Positions 43,754 to 53,391 of a stretch of 64,000 nucleotides of DNA are shown one piece after another. Every line of letters starts with the position of its first letter. Within the stretch, counting starts at the first letter, position 1. This DNA is from Patescibacteria group bacterium. GTDB lineage: Bacteria; Patescibacteriota; Minisyncoccia; UBA6257; UBA9933. The notes under the pieces were generated by a model that was given only the letters and a program-made list of their open reading frames with translations, did no database searches and had not been told where the DNA came from. The DNA is taken from NCBI GenBank assembly GCA_038062875.1, contig JBBTWF010000001.1, positions 27,769 to 91,768 of the forward strand, read 5' to 3'. The position numbers and the translations under genes were made by a program.

Positions 43754-45657
43754 GAAAAAAACCTGAATTTTTATTAGAAGAAGCCGTGCTTGACGATTTA
43801 GCGCAAGATTTCGATGTTATGGAATTGCCGCTTTCCAAGCGCGCTTTTAAGTTACTAGGTTTATCCGTTATCATAGTCATAGTCATCGTCATAGTCAGAG
43901 TTTTATATTTAGGAATTTGGCAGGGAAATTTTTACAAAACTATAGCTCAGATTAACGCCAATCAAATCATTGTTTTGCGAGCCGAACGAGGAATAATTTT
44001 TGATCGATTTAATAAGCCAATGGTTGAAAACTTGCCGAGTTTTCAATTAGATTTAATTCTCGCTGAATTGTTAAAAAATCCGCAAGAACGCGAGCAAACG
44101 CTGGAAGCCATTGCCAAAACCGTCGGTTTGTCTCCGTCTTATGTGGAGAATCTTATTAAAGATATTGATTTGGAAAAACAAAATTCTTTAATCTTAGCCA
44201 AAAATCTTACAATTGAACAGGTTATTCAATTAAAAAGTTTAAATTTTAAAGCCCTCAGAATCGAAGAAAATTTTGAGCGCCAATATTCCGATTCAAAAAC
44301 CAACGCGCATATTCTTGGTTATACCGGAATTGCCAATAAAGAAGATTTATCGGGAAATTCCGAATTTTTACTTAACGATATCGTCGGAAAATCCGGCTTG
44401 GAAAGTTATTATGACAAAGAATTGCGCGGTCAAGACGGCCAAAGAGCGAATTTTCGCAATGCCAAAGGAGAAATTATTGATGAAAAACTTTTGACCGAGC
44501 CGGTGGCCGGAGACAATCTTTATTTAACTATTGACAGTGAGTTTCAGTCCTATTTTTACCAGCGTTTAAAACAAGGGTTAAATAGTTTGGGACGTCAGTC
44601 CGGCGTTGGAATCGCCATTAATCTCCAAAACGGAGAGGTCTTAGCGCTGGTTAGTCTGCCAAGTTTTGACGCCAATCAAAATTTAAGCGATTTTTTTTCT
44701 GACCCTAATAAACCGTTTTTTAATCGAGCCATCAGCGGGGCTTACGCTCCAGGCTCAACCATTAAACCGCTAGTTGCTTTGGCGGCTTTAAAAGAAAATA
44801 TCATCACTCCGACTCAAGAAATTTTTTCCCGCGGCTATTTGGAAATTCCCAATCCTTATCATCCGGAACAACCGAGTCGTTTTCTTGATTGGAAACCGAA
44901 TGGTTGGGTGAATTTATATTCGGCTTTAGCGCGTTCTTGCAATATTTATTTTTACGCGCTTGGCGGCGGTTTGCCGTCTTCGGTCAGCGGTATAATGCGA
45001 GGCGGCTCTGATAATATAAAAGGATTAGGCATAGAGAAATTAAAAGAATATTGGGGAAAATTCGGTTTAGGAGAAACAACGGGCATTGATTTGCCCGGAG
45101 AAAATAATGGATTTTTACCCGACCCGAAAGAAAAAGAACAGCGAACCGGCGAGCCGTGGCGACTGGGCGACACTTATAACGTAAGCATCGGTCAAGGCGA
45201 CCTTTTAATCACTCCAATTCAGTTGATTAATTACATCGCGGCTATTGCTAATGGCGGAAAGATTTTCCAGCCGTTTATCGTAAAAAAAATTATTTCTGAA
45301 GATGGACATGTAATTAAAGAAAGACAGCCGAAAATTCTCAAAGATTATTCTGAATTTGATAATTATATTAAAGAAGTCCAAAAAGGAATGGTTGATGTTG
45401 TGGAAAAATCCTACGGCACCGCTTATCTTTTAAATGATTTACCGGTAATGGTAGCGGCGAAGACAGGCACGGCTCAGATTGAAGGCAATGAGAAAATAAA
45501 CGCTTTTTTCGTCGGTTACGCGCCTACTGACAATCCTCAATTAGTAGTTTTAGTCCTTGTTGAAAACGCCCGAGAAGGCAGTTTAAACGCCGTGCCAATA
45601 GCCAAAGACGTATTTAATTGGTATTATTACAATAGACTAAAGATAGGTGTTAGGTGA
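43750..45657 (+). CDS. mrdA: Penicillin-binding protein 2 (peptidoglycan D,D-transpeptidase)
   Basis: SxxK (STIKP), SxN (SCN) and KTG (KTGTAQ) transpeptidase motifs; N-terminal TM and dimerisation domain. Confidence 0.85.
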   Translation: MRKKPEFLLEEAVLDDLAQDFDVMELPLSKRAFKLLGLSVIIVIVIVIVRVLYLGIWQGNFYKTIAQINANQIIVLRAERGIIFDRFNKPMVENLPSFQLDLILAELLKNPQEREQTLEAIAKTVGLSPSYVENLIKDIDLEKQNSLILAKNLTIEQVIQLKSLNFKALRIEENFERQYSDSKTNAHILGYTGIANKEDLSGNSEFLLNDIVGKSGLESYYDKELRGQDGQRANFRNAKGEIIDEKLLTEPVAGDNLYLTIDSEFQSYFYQRLKQGLNSLGRQSGVGIAINLQNGEVLALVSLPSFDANQNLSDFFSDPNKPFFNRAISGAYAPGSTIKPLVALAALKENIITPTQEIFSRGYLEIPNPYHPEQPSRFLDWKPNGWVNLYSALARSCNIYFYALGGGLPSSVSGIMRGGSDNIKGLGIEKLKEYWGKFGLGETTGIDLPGENNGFLPDPKEKEQRTGEPWRLGDTYNVSIGQGDLLITPIQLINYIAAIANGGKIFQPFIVKKIISEDGHVIKERQPKILKDYSEFDNYIKEVQKGMVDVVEKSYGTAYLLNDLPVMVAAKTGTAQIEGNEKINAFFVGYAPTDNPQLVVLVLVENAREGSLNAVPIAKDVFNWYYYNRLKIGVR

Positions 45658-45725
45658 TAGGTTTTAGGTGTTAGATATTTTTAAGTTTTTTATCCTAAAA
45701 CCCAAAACCTAAAACCCAAAACCTA
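45640..45725. repeat. Opposed 8-mer repeat hairpin element (GGTGTTAGGTGATAGGTTTTAGGTGTTAG ... CCTAAAACCCAAAACCTAAAACCCAAAACCTAA) overlapping the 3' end of mrdA
   Basis: A variant of the heptamer family; the left arm encodes the last residues of PBP2. Confidence 0.75.
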
Positions 45726-46760
45726 ATGAATAGCGAACTACGACAAGACCTTGTTTCCGGCGACTGGATTGTTCTTTCTCCTCAAAGAGCAAAACGTCCG
45801 GCTGATTTAATTAAAAAATCGGAAAAAAGAAAAAAAGCGCCGCTCAAAGGGTGTCCCTTTGAAGACCCGCAGAAATCCGGTAACGGCGAACCCATATTAA
45901 TATATCCAACTAAAAGCCAAAAACTAAAAACTAAAAACTTGTTCGAATGGTGGGTTCAGATTATTCAAAATAAATATCCGGTTTTTGTATCAGGGTTAGA
46001 TTCGAAAGATGGTATTCATATTTGCGCCAGCGTATTTCAGAAGGGTCCTTATTTAGTTATAGACGGCAGAGGTTATCATGATTTAGTAATTACTAAAAAT
46101 CATCACAAAAATTTTGCTCATCTTCCTGAACAACAAGCAGAGGCGGTTTTAAAGATTTTTCAAAACCGTTATAAAATGTTTTTAAATGATTCATGTTTGG
46201 CTTATACTTCGATTTTTCACAATTGGGGACCGAAATCCGGGGCTTCAATTTATCACCCTCATTACCAGATAATCGCTTTGCCGGTGATTCCGCCGGATGT
46301 CCAGCATTCGCTTAATGGTTCATCTGATTATTTTAAAAAATATCGTAAATGCGTTCATTGCGTGATGATTGAATGGGAAAAGAAAAACCGTTCGCGAGTT
46401 GTTTTTGAAAATAAAGGCGCCATCGCTTTCACGCCTTTTGTTTCGCGAGAGCCGTTTGAAGTGAGAATTTTCCCCAAATCTCATTCTCCTTTTTTTGAGG
46501 ATGCTCCTAAAAAAGAATTAAGCGACGTTGTCGAGGCGTTACAAAATATTCTTTTGAAAATAGAAAAGAAATTAAATGACCCGGATTATAATTTTTTTAT
46601 TCATACGGCGCCGATTCGCGACAAACAAAAATATGGTCATTATCATTGGCACATTGAAATTTTGCCGAAAATAAGCACTTCTGCCGGATTTGAACTTGGA
46701 ACTGGAATTGAGATTACGGTCGTTGACCCGGACGAAGCGGCTAAAATTCTTAAATTGTAA
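45726..46760 (+). CDS. galT: Galactose-1-phosphate uridylyltransferase-like HIT-superfamily nucleotidyltransferase with an in-frame repeat insertion
   Basis: HxHxQ-type motif IYHPHYQII and a second half-barrel (HYHWHIEILPK); repeat (AAAAACT)n at 45912-45940 (KSQKLKTKNL). Confidence 0.65.
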   Translation: MNSELRQDLVSGDWIVLSPQRAKRPADLIKKSEKRKKAPLKGCPFEDPQKSGNGEPILIYPTKSQKLKTKNLFEWWVQIIQNKYPVFVSGLDSKDGIHICASVFQKGPYLVIDGRGYHDLVITKNHHKNFAHLPEQQAEAVLKIFQNRYKMFLNDSCLAYTSIFHNWGPKSGASIYHPHYQIIALPVIPPDVQHSLNGSSDYFKKYRKCVHCVMIEWEKKNRSRVVFENKGAIAFTPFVSREPFEVRIFPKSHSPFFEDAPKKELSDVVEALQNILLKIEKKLNDPDYNFFIHTAPIRDKQKYGHYHWHIEILPKISTSAGFELGTGIEITVVDPDEAAKILKL

Positions 46761-46765
46761 TTTAA

Positions 46766-47404
46766 ATGATATCAGCGTTTCTACAGGCAATTTCTAATTT
46801 TATTTTGCTGATAATTCAAAAAATCGGTTATCTTGGAATTTTTTTCCTGATGTTGCTTCAGAGTTTAAATATCCCAATTCCGTCGGAGATAACAATGCCT
46901 TTTTCTGGTTTTTTGGTCCATCAAGGGATATTCTATTTTTGGTTGGTTGTTTTAATCGGCGTTTTTGGTAATTTAATCGGCGCTTTGATTTCTTATTATT
47001 TAGCTTCCGCGTTGATTAAAAATGGCTGGCGGGAGAAATATAAAATTTTAAGAATTTTAATAAGCGAACACAATCTTCAATCCGCCGAGAAATGGTTTCA
47101 AAAATACGGTCCGTTCTCAATTTTTCTTGGCAGAATGATGCCGATTGTCAGCACCTTCATCTCTTTTCCGGCCGGATTGGCGAAAATGAGGATTTCAACT
47201 TTTTCTATTTTAACTTTTAGCGGTTCGTTTGTTTGGTCGACTTTCCTTACTTATCTCGGATTTATTTTTGGAGAAAATTGGCATGTCTTACAAATTTATT
47301 TCAGGAAATTCGATTATTTGATTTTGATAATAATTTTATTTGTGTTTGGCTTGTGGCTGAAACGACATTTTAAGTTAAATAATAAAAATAAGCATGTTTT
47401 ATAA
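46766..47404 (+). CDS. DedA/SNARE-associated family membrane protein
   Basis: GYLGIFFLMLLQSLNIPIPSE...F.GRMMP, DedA motifs. Confidence 0.7.
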   Translation: MISAFLQAISNFILLIIQKIGYLGIFFLMLLQSLNIPIPSEITMPFSGFLVHQGIFYFWLVVLIGVFGNLIGALISYYLASALIKNGWREKYKILRILISEHNLQSAEKWFQKYGPFSIFLGRMMPIVSTFISFPAGLAKMRISTFSILTFSGSFVWSTFLTYLGFIFGENWHVLQIYFRKFDYLILIIILFVFGLWLKRHFKLNNKNKHVL

Positions 47405-50030
47405 TCAAACCCATTCTGAGATTTTAGAAAATTTAAAATCAAGTGAAAGCGGATTAACGCAGGATGAGGCGGAGAAACGTTTAAAAGAATATGGTTTTAA
47501 TGAGTTGTCGGAAGTTAAACTTGACAATATTTTTATTATTTTTCTTCGGCAGTTTCAAAGTTCGTTGATTTATATTTTATTTGGCGCGGCTTTGGTTGTT
47601 TTTTATTTAGGCGGGGTAGTTGATGGATTAATTATTTTAGCGGTTCTTTTATTTAACGCTTTTGTCGGTACTCTTCAAGAAGGTAAAGCGCAAAACACTT
47701 TATCGGCTTTAAAAAAATTTATTAAAACCAAAGCCGTGGTTCTGCGCAACGGAAAAGAAATTATTGTTTCTGATGAACAGCTTGCGCCGGGCGATATTAT
47801 TATTCTTCAGGAAGGAGAGAAAATTCCGGCTGATGCCAGAGTAATTGTTTCTAATAATCTTAAAATTGACCAAGCTGCCTTGACCGGCGAATCAGAGTCG
47901 GTTTTTAAAATAGCAGAAATTCTTTCCCGTAAGGATTTACAAATCGCTGACCAGAAAAATATGGTTTTTAAAGGAACTTATATTGTTTCCGGAAATGGTC
48001 AGGCAGTGGCGGTTAATACCGGCGTCAATACGATAATTGGAAAAATCGGCCAAAAAATTGCCTTTATTGACACGGAAATACCGCTTAAAAAAGATATTCG
48101 TCAGCTTTCGCGATTTATTATTTTTACGGTCGCTTTAATCAGCGTTGTTTTATTTATCGCAGGTGTTTTTTTCGGAAAATCTTTAATAGAAATGTTTAAG
48201 GTTGTGGTTGCTCTTTCGGTTTCTGTTATCCCCGAGGGCTTGCCGATAGTTATTACTTTGGTCTTGGCTACCGGCGTCTGGCGGATGGCAAAACGCAATG
48301 CCTTAGTTAAACGGCTTCAAGCGGTTGAGGCCTTAGGCCAGACAAAAATCATCGCTCTCGATAAGACCGGAACTATCACAAAGAATGAATTGGCGGTTAA
48401 AAGAGTTTTTATTAATGGAAAATTTTTTGAAATTGGCGGAGTCGGTTATGAGCCAAAAGGAGAAATTTATTACGGCAAGCAATTAATTTCTCCGCCGGAT
48501 TTTCCGGAATTGATTTTGGCAGGTAAAATAGCGGCTTTTTGTTCTAATGCTTATGTTTTTTATTCAGAAGAAGACGAGACCTATAAAATCAGCGGTGATC
48601 CGACTGAAGCCGCGATTTTAGTTTTCAGTAAAAAAATGGGTTTTCAAAAAGAAATTATTGAAAAACAGCACCCACTTATTAAAGAAATCCCTTTTGATTA
48701 TAAAATAAAATATCGTCTGACTTTGCGGCAGAAAGATGAAAGGGGATTTTTATCAGTCATCGGCGCGCCAGAAGAGGTGCTTTTTTTATGCGAACTTACC
48801 AAAAAAGAAAAAGAGGATTTAGAAAGTATTTTTCACAAGATGTTAGCCGAAGGATTGCGGGTTTTGGCTTTTGCCTATAAAGAAGTCGGTCTTAAAAGAA
48901 AAATTGAGCTCGAGAAAACGGAATTTATTTTCGGCGGATTTTTCGGAATGAAGGACGGCTTGAAAGAAGAAGCCAAGAAAGCGATTAAACAAGCGCAGGA
49001 GGCGGGTATTAGAATAATAATGATTACCGGAGACCATAAAATAACCGCTCAGGTAATCGCCAAAGAAGCGGGAATTTTTAAAGATAACGACGAGGTTTTG
49101 ACCGGCAAAGATTTAGAAGAAATTTCTGAAGAAGAATTAAGTTTAAAACTGCCAAGGGTTTCGGTTTTCGCCCGAGTGACGCCTGAACATAAATTAAGAA
49201 TTATTGAGGCCTTTCGGAAAAGAAAAGAAATTATCGCGATGACCGGCGATGGCGTTAATGACGCGCCTTCTTTGGTGGCAGCTGATTTGGGAATAGCAAT
49301 GGGCAAAATCGGCACTGAAGTTGCCAAAGAAGCGTCTGATATTATTCTTTTGGACGATAATTTTGAAACTATCATTATAGCCATTGAAGAAGGAAGAAGT
49401 ATTTATAAGACGATTAAAAAAGTAATTACGTATCTTTTTTCCACAAGTTTAGGCGAGGTTTTAACTATTAGCATCGCGCTTTTTTTCGGTTATCCTTTGC
49501 CGCTTTTAGCCAGCCAAATTATTTGGCTTAATTTCGTCACGGACGGTTTTTTAACCGTGGCTTTAGCAATGGAGCCGAAAGAAAAAGGATTACTCCGGGC
49601 GAAATTTAAAAGACCAGGCAGATTTTTAGTTGATTCATTGATGATTCAGCGGATGTTCGTGATGGCTTTGCCAATGTCAATCGGCGCATTCTTTGTTTTT
49701 CAGAGATATTTAGATTTTGATTTAACTAAAGCCATGACGATGTGTCTGACAACTTTGGCGATTTTTCAATGGTTTAATGCCTTTAATTGCCGTTCGGAAA
49801 ACAAGTCAATTTTTCGAATGAATTTTTTCTCAAACAAATGGTTGATTGGAGCAATGTTTGTCGTAATTTCTTTTCAATTATTGGCAGTTTATCATCCAAT
49901 AATGCAGAGAATTTTACATACCGCCGCTTTGGAATTATCTGATTGGCTGATTGCTATCGCTATTGCTTTTTCTATTATAATATTTGAAGAAGTCAGAAAG
50001 GCAATTTACAGAAAGATTTTTAAGGATTAA
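47394..50030 (+). CDS. P-type cation-transporting ATPase (type II, Ca2+/Mg2+-like)
   Basis: DKTGTIT phosphorylation site, TGES actuator, MITGDH and GDGVNDAPSL; 10 TM segments. Confidence 0.9.
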   Translation: MFYNQTHSEILENLKSSESGLTQDEAEKRLKEYGFNELSEVKLDNIFIIFLRQFQSSLIYILFGAALVVFYLGGVVDGLIILAVLLFNAFVGTLQEGKAQNTLSALKKFIKTKAVVLRNGKEIIVSDEQLAPGDIIILQEGEKIPADARVIVSNNLKIDQAALTGESESVFKIAEILSRKDLQIADQKNMVFKGTYIVSGNGQAVAVNTGVNTIIGKIGQKIAFIDTEIPLKKDIRQLSRFIIFTVALISVVLFIAGVFFGKSLIEMFKVVVALSVSVIPEGLPIVITLVLATGVWRMAKRNALVKRLQAVEALGQTKIIALDKTGTITKNELAVKRVFINGKFFEIGGVGYEPKGEIYYGKQLISPPDFPELILAGKIAAFCSNAYVFYSEEDETYKISGDPTEAAILVFSKKMGFQKEIIEKQHPLIKEIPFDYKIKYRLTLRQKDERGFLSVIGAPEEVLFLCELTKKEKEDLESIFHKMLAEGLRVLAFAYKEVGLKRKIELEKTEFIFGGFFGMKDGLKEEAKKAIKQAQEAGIRIIMITGDHKITAQVIAKEAGIFKDNDEVLTGKDLEEISEEELSLKLPRVSVFARVTPEHKLRIIEAFRKRKEIIAMTGDGVNDAPSLVAADLGIAMGKIGTEVAKEASDIILLDDNFETIIIAIEEGRSIYKTIKKVITYLFSTSLGEVLTISIALFFGYPLPLLASQIIWLNFVTDGFLTVALAMEPKEKGLLRAKFKRPGRFLVDSLMIQRMFVMALPMSIGAFFVFQRYLDFDLTKAMTMCLTTLAIFQWFNAFNCRSENKSIFRMNFFSNKWLIGAMFVVISFQLLAVYHPIMQRILHTAALELSDWLIAIAIAFSIIIFEEVRKAIYRKIFKD

Positions 50031-50049
50031 ACTATTAATTAGATTACAT

Positions 50050-50856
50050 ATGAAGAAGCTCATAGTTTTTAACTGGAAAATGGCGCCCGACTCGTTAAAA
50101 AAAGCGAAGCAACTTTTTAATTTAGCCCTAAATTCTTCCGCCAAAGGCGGGAAATCTCATATTCTAAATTCTGAAATTGTTGTCTGCCCGCCGTTTATTT
50201 ATTTATCAGAACTCGTTGGTCTTATTAATAAGACCAAAATTAAATTAGGAGCGCAAAACGTTTTTTGGGAAAACCCATTGGTTGGTGGAGGCGTTTATAC
50301 CGGTGAAATCTCGCCAAAAATGCTGAAAAATTTAGGAGTGGAATACGCGATTATTGGCCATTCCGAACGCCGGAAATATTTAAACGAAACCGATGAAATA
50401 ATTAATAAAAAGGTTTTAGCGGCACTAAAAGCGGGGTTGAAAGTGATTTTATGTATTGGCGAGGATTTATCAATTCGCAAACGTGGCAAAAAAGCAGTTG
50501 AAAAATTTATTAAAAACCAATTAGGAAAAGACTTAAAAAATTTATCCCTAAATTCTATCCGCCAGCTGGCGGACTCTATTCTAAATTCTCGTCTTATTAT
50601 TGCTTACGAACCCATCTGGTCCATCGGCACCGGCCATTCTGATACTCCGCAGGACGCCTTGGAAATAATAAAATTCATTAAAGAAACCCTCAATTCTCAA
50701 TTCTCAATTCTCAATTCTAAAATATTATACGGCGGCTCTGTCGATTCCAAAAACATCGTTAAATTTTTAAAACATCCCGAAATCGACGGCGCGCTCATCG
50801 GCCACGCGAGCTTGAAAACGGGGGAAATCAGGAAAATTTTTAAAGAACTTTATTAA
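50050..50856 (+). CDS. tpiA: Triosephosphate isomerase with several in-frame repeat insertions
   Basis: FNWKM start motif, IIGHSERR, YEPIWSIGTG, YGGSV. Insertions: the palindrome at 50217-50238 and ctaaattct-type repeats at about 50540-50590 and 50690-50725. Confidence 0.85.
   Translation: MKKLIVFNWKMAPDSLKKAKQLFNLALNSSAKGGKSHILNSEIVVCPPFIYLSELVGLINKTKIKLGAQNVFWENPLVGGGVYTGEISPKMLKNLGVEYAIIGHSERRKYLNETDEIINKKVLAALKAGLKVILCIGEDLSIRKRGKKAVEKFIKNQLGKDLKNLSLNSIRQLADSILNSRLIIAYEPIWSIGTGHSDTPQDALEIIKFIKETLNSQFSILNSKILYGGSVDSKNIVKFLKHPEIDGALIGHASLKTGEIRKIFKELY
50217..50238. repeat. 22-bp perfect palindrome TTGGTCTTATTAATAAGACCAA in frame in tpiA (LVGLINKTKI)
   Basis: An identical 22-mer occurs at 60657-60678 in pgk. 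Confidence 0.9.
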
Positions 50857-50928
50857 AAAAAGAAAAGGTGTTATAATTTTAAAAAACAGCGGTTTAGTCG
50901 GCTGCTGCTTAATAATAATAAAAAAATA

Positions 50929-51687
50929 ATGGAAAACAACAACGGCGTAAAAGTCAAAAATACGGCGGTCGCGGTTTTTATGGTTTTTCTGACGTTAATA
51001 CTTTTTTATTCTCTTTTTTGGGGGCCGGCGAAGAAATTCGGCGATTCTTTAATATCGGCAAAAACCGTTTCCGTATCTGCCGAAGGTAAAGTAACAGTAT
51101 CACCAGATATCGCAAAAATTTCTTTTTCGGTGGTTTCCGAAGGCGTCAATCCAAAAGCGTTAGCCGAGGATAACAATAAAAAAATGAATTCCGCCATCAA
51201 TCTTATAAAGTCGCAGGGCGTTGATGAAAAAGACATTAAAACCGTTGAGTACAATCTAAATCCGCGTTACGAATACGATGAAAAGACAAAGAAAACATTT
51301 ATCAGCGGTTATTCTTTGACTCAGTCGGTCTTGGTAAAAGTCCGCGATCTTGATAAGACAGCGGAAATTTTGGCTGGTTTGCCTGAATTAGGCATTAATC
51401 AAATCGGTCAAATTTCTTTTGAAATTGACGAGCCGGAAAAATATTTAGTTGAGGCAAGAGATCAAGCGTTCAATAAAGCAAAAATAAAAGCCGGGGAAAT
51501 GGCGGCGAAAAATGGCGTTCGGCTCGGGAAAGTGATTAATTTCAGCGATTATCAATCAGGCCCGATTCCTTATTACAATTCGTTCGGCAAGGGCGGGCAG
51601 ATGGAAGCGTTGTCTCCAGCGCCGTCAATCCAACCGGGTTCGCAGGAAGTAACGGTGAATGTGAGCGTGACTTATGAAATTAAATAA
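50929..51687 (+). CDS. SIMPL-domain (DUF541) exported protein
   Basis: N-terminal TM/signal; ...SVSAEGKV...ISFSVVSEG... and the C-terminal pattern typical of SIMPL proteins. Confidence 0.65.
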   Translation: MENNNGVKVKNTAVAVFMVFLTLILFYSLFWGPAKKFGDSLISAKTVSVSAEGKVTVSPDIAKISFSVVSEGVNPKALAEDNNKKMNSAINLIKSQGVDEKDIKTVEYNLNPRYEYDEKTKKTFISGYSLTQSVLVKVRDLDKTAEILAGLPELGINQIGQISFEIDEPEKYLVEARDQAFNKAKIKAGEMAAKNGVRLGKVINFSDYQSGPIPYYNSFGKGGQMEALSPAPSIQPGSQEVTVNVSVTYEIK

Positions 51688-52474
51688 ATCAGCTGTGAGC
51701 GCTATAATTATTTTAGTGGCTTTGGCGACGATTATCGGTTTATCGGGATTAAGTTTTATTATTCCTTCGGAAACGCGTAAAGTATCGGATAATCTCGATG
51801 ATAATCAACGTGAATCAATAAATATGGAGAAGATTTTTCTTACAGCAAAAGATGGAGTGAAAATCGCCGCTAATTTATATTCCGTGAAGCCGACTCGCGG
51901 TTGGTTGGTTTTGACGCATATGATGCCGGCGACGAAAGAGTCATATCAGGACTTAGCCAAAAGATTTCAGAATCTCGGTTATGAATGTCTTGCTATTGAT
52001 TTAAGAGGGCACGGAGAGTCGGACAAAGGCCCCGATGGTTTTATGAAGTTTTCCGACAGCGAGCATCAAAAAAGTATTCTTGATTTAGAGGCAGCGGTTG
52101 ATTATTTGATTGAAAATAGGGGAGCGAGCGTTGTTAGAATTTCTTTTATCGGCGCTTCCATTGGAGCGAATTTATCGTTACAATATATAAGTGAGCATTC
52201 GGAATTTAAGACAGCGATTTTACTTTCGCCTGGTTTGAATTATAAAGGGATTAAAACCGAGCAGATGGTTGAAAAATTAAAAGATGGGCAAAAAGTTTTT
52301 TTCGTAAGCAGTCGTGATGATGTGTCCAACGCCGACCAAAACCAGGTGCTTTACGATTTAACGCCAGATGGTATAATAAATAATATCAAGATTTATGAAA
52401 CCGCAGGCCACGGCACGGATATTTTAGAAAACGAACCGAAATTAATAAATTTAATTATTGATTTTATAAAATAA
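51674..52474 (+). CDS. Alpha/beta-hydrolase-fold protein
   Basis: Nucleophile elbow GASIG and HG motif near the C-terminus; N-terminal TM. Confidence 0.6.
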   Translation: MKLNKSAVSAIIILVALATIIGLSGLSFIIPSETRKVSDNLDDNQRESINMEKIFLTAKDGVKIAANLYSVKPTRGWLVLTHMMPATKESYQDLAKRFQNLGYECLAIDLRGHGESDKGPDGFMKFSDSEHQKSILDLEAAVDYLIENRGASVVRISFIGASIGANLSLQYISEHSEFKTAILLSPGLNYKGIKTEQMVEKLKDGQKVFFVSSRDDVSNADQNQVLYDLTPDGIINNIKIYETAGHGTDILENEPKLINLIIDFIK

Positions 52475-52507
52475 AATGAATTTGTTAATTAAGCATAGAA
52501 AATAAAA

Positions 52508-53149
52508 ATGAATAAAAAAGATTATATACTTGGAATTTCATCCGGACTACTTATAGGGGTTTTGGCTTTACCTGTAATAAGGGCTATAAAGCCGGAGATA
52601 TACGGAAAATTCGCATTTTTAGTTATACCATTTTTTTTAATCGGCACGCCTCTTGGACTGATAGTTGCTAATTATATCGGCAGAAAAATTTCAATAATAT
52701 GGCAGATTGGGAAATTCGGCGTAATCGGTGTCTTGAATACATTGGTTGACTGGGGAGTTCTGGCGATATTAATTTTTTCTTTCAGGAAATATTTGAATAT
52801 AGATTCAAAAGATTTACTGATAGCTGGAATCGCGTTCTACTCTTTATACAAAGCAATTTCGTTTATAATCGCGAATATAAATAGTTATTACTGGAATAAA
52901 TACTGGACATTCGCAACCGGTGTTGCCAAAAAAACAAAGGCGGAGTTTCTGCAATTTTTTATGGTTAGTATTTTAGGTTTTTCCATTAATGTCGGTATTG
53001 CTTCTTATGTATTTAAATATATTCATCCTATTGGCGGGCTTAATTTTGACCAATGGGGCATTATCGGAGCGGCAGTAGGAAGCGTGGTTGGCTTGGCTTG
53101 GAATTTTATCGGCTATAAATTTATTGTTTTCCACAGCCCAAGGTCTTGA
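52508..53149 (+). CDS. GtrA-family membrane protein (polysaccharide synthesis or flippase accessory)
   Basis: KFGVIGVLNTLVDWGVL, a GtrA signature. Confidence 0.7.
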   Translation: MNKKDYILGISSGLLIGVLALPVIRAIKPEIYGKFAFLVIPFFLIGTPLGLIVANYIGRKISIIWQIGKFGVIGVLNTLVDWGVLAILIFSFRKYLNIDSKDLLIAGIAFYSLYKAISFIIANINSYYWNKYWTFATGVAKKTKAEFLQFFMVSILGFSINVGIASYVFKYIHPIGGLNFDQWGIIGAAVGSVVGLAWNFIGYKFIVFHSPRS

Positions 53150-53184
53150 CATTTATAAGTGAATTATATTATAATAGCAATAAT

Positions 53185-53385
53185 AGATGAGTATCAGTAA
53201 TCCTTAACGATGATATCGATTGAGGATTGCCCACAATTTGTTTGGCCGAGCACATAATATTTATGTGCTCGGTTTTGTTTTTACTGGATTTTTTGTATAC
53301 TTAAATTGGAGCCGCGGGACGAGCACTCATCTATTACAAACAGAATTGGAGGTCACCGCTCGCGGCTCCACGAGTTTGTATTTTC
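53185..53385. ncRNA. Candidate structured RNA or leader upstream of murB: long-range pairing AATAGATGAGTAT/GCACTCATCTATT enclosing two hairpins
   Basis: Inner hairpins CCGAGCACATAATATTTATGTGCTCGG+T-run and GGAGCCGCG...CGCGGCTCC; the GC-rich ORF 53220-53420 in the track is probably spurious. Confidence 0.35.
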
Positions 53386-53391
53386 CCGATT

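Noticed and set aside
44273-44494. Internal plus-strand 73-aa ORF within mrdA in another frame, and similar short antisense ORFs throughout the track
   Set aside because: They are fully nested in well-supported conserved genes on the same or opposite strand with no independent signals. They are typical spurious ORFs in AT-rich DNA.
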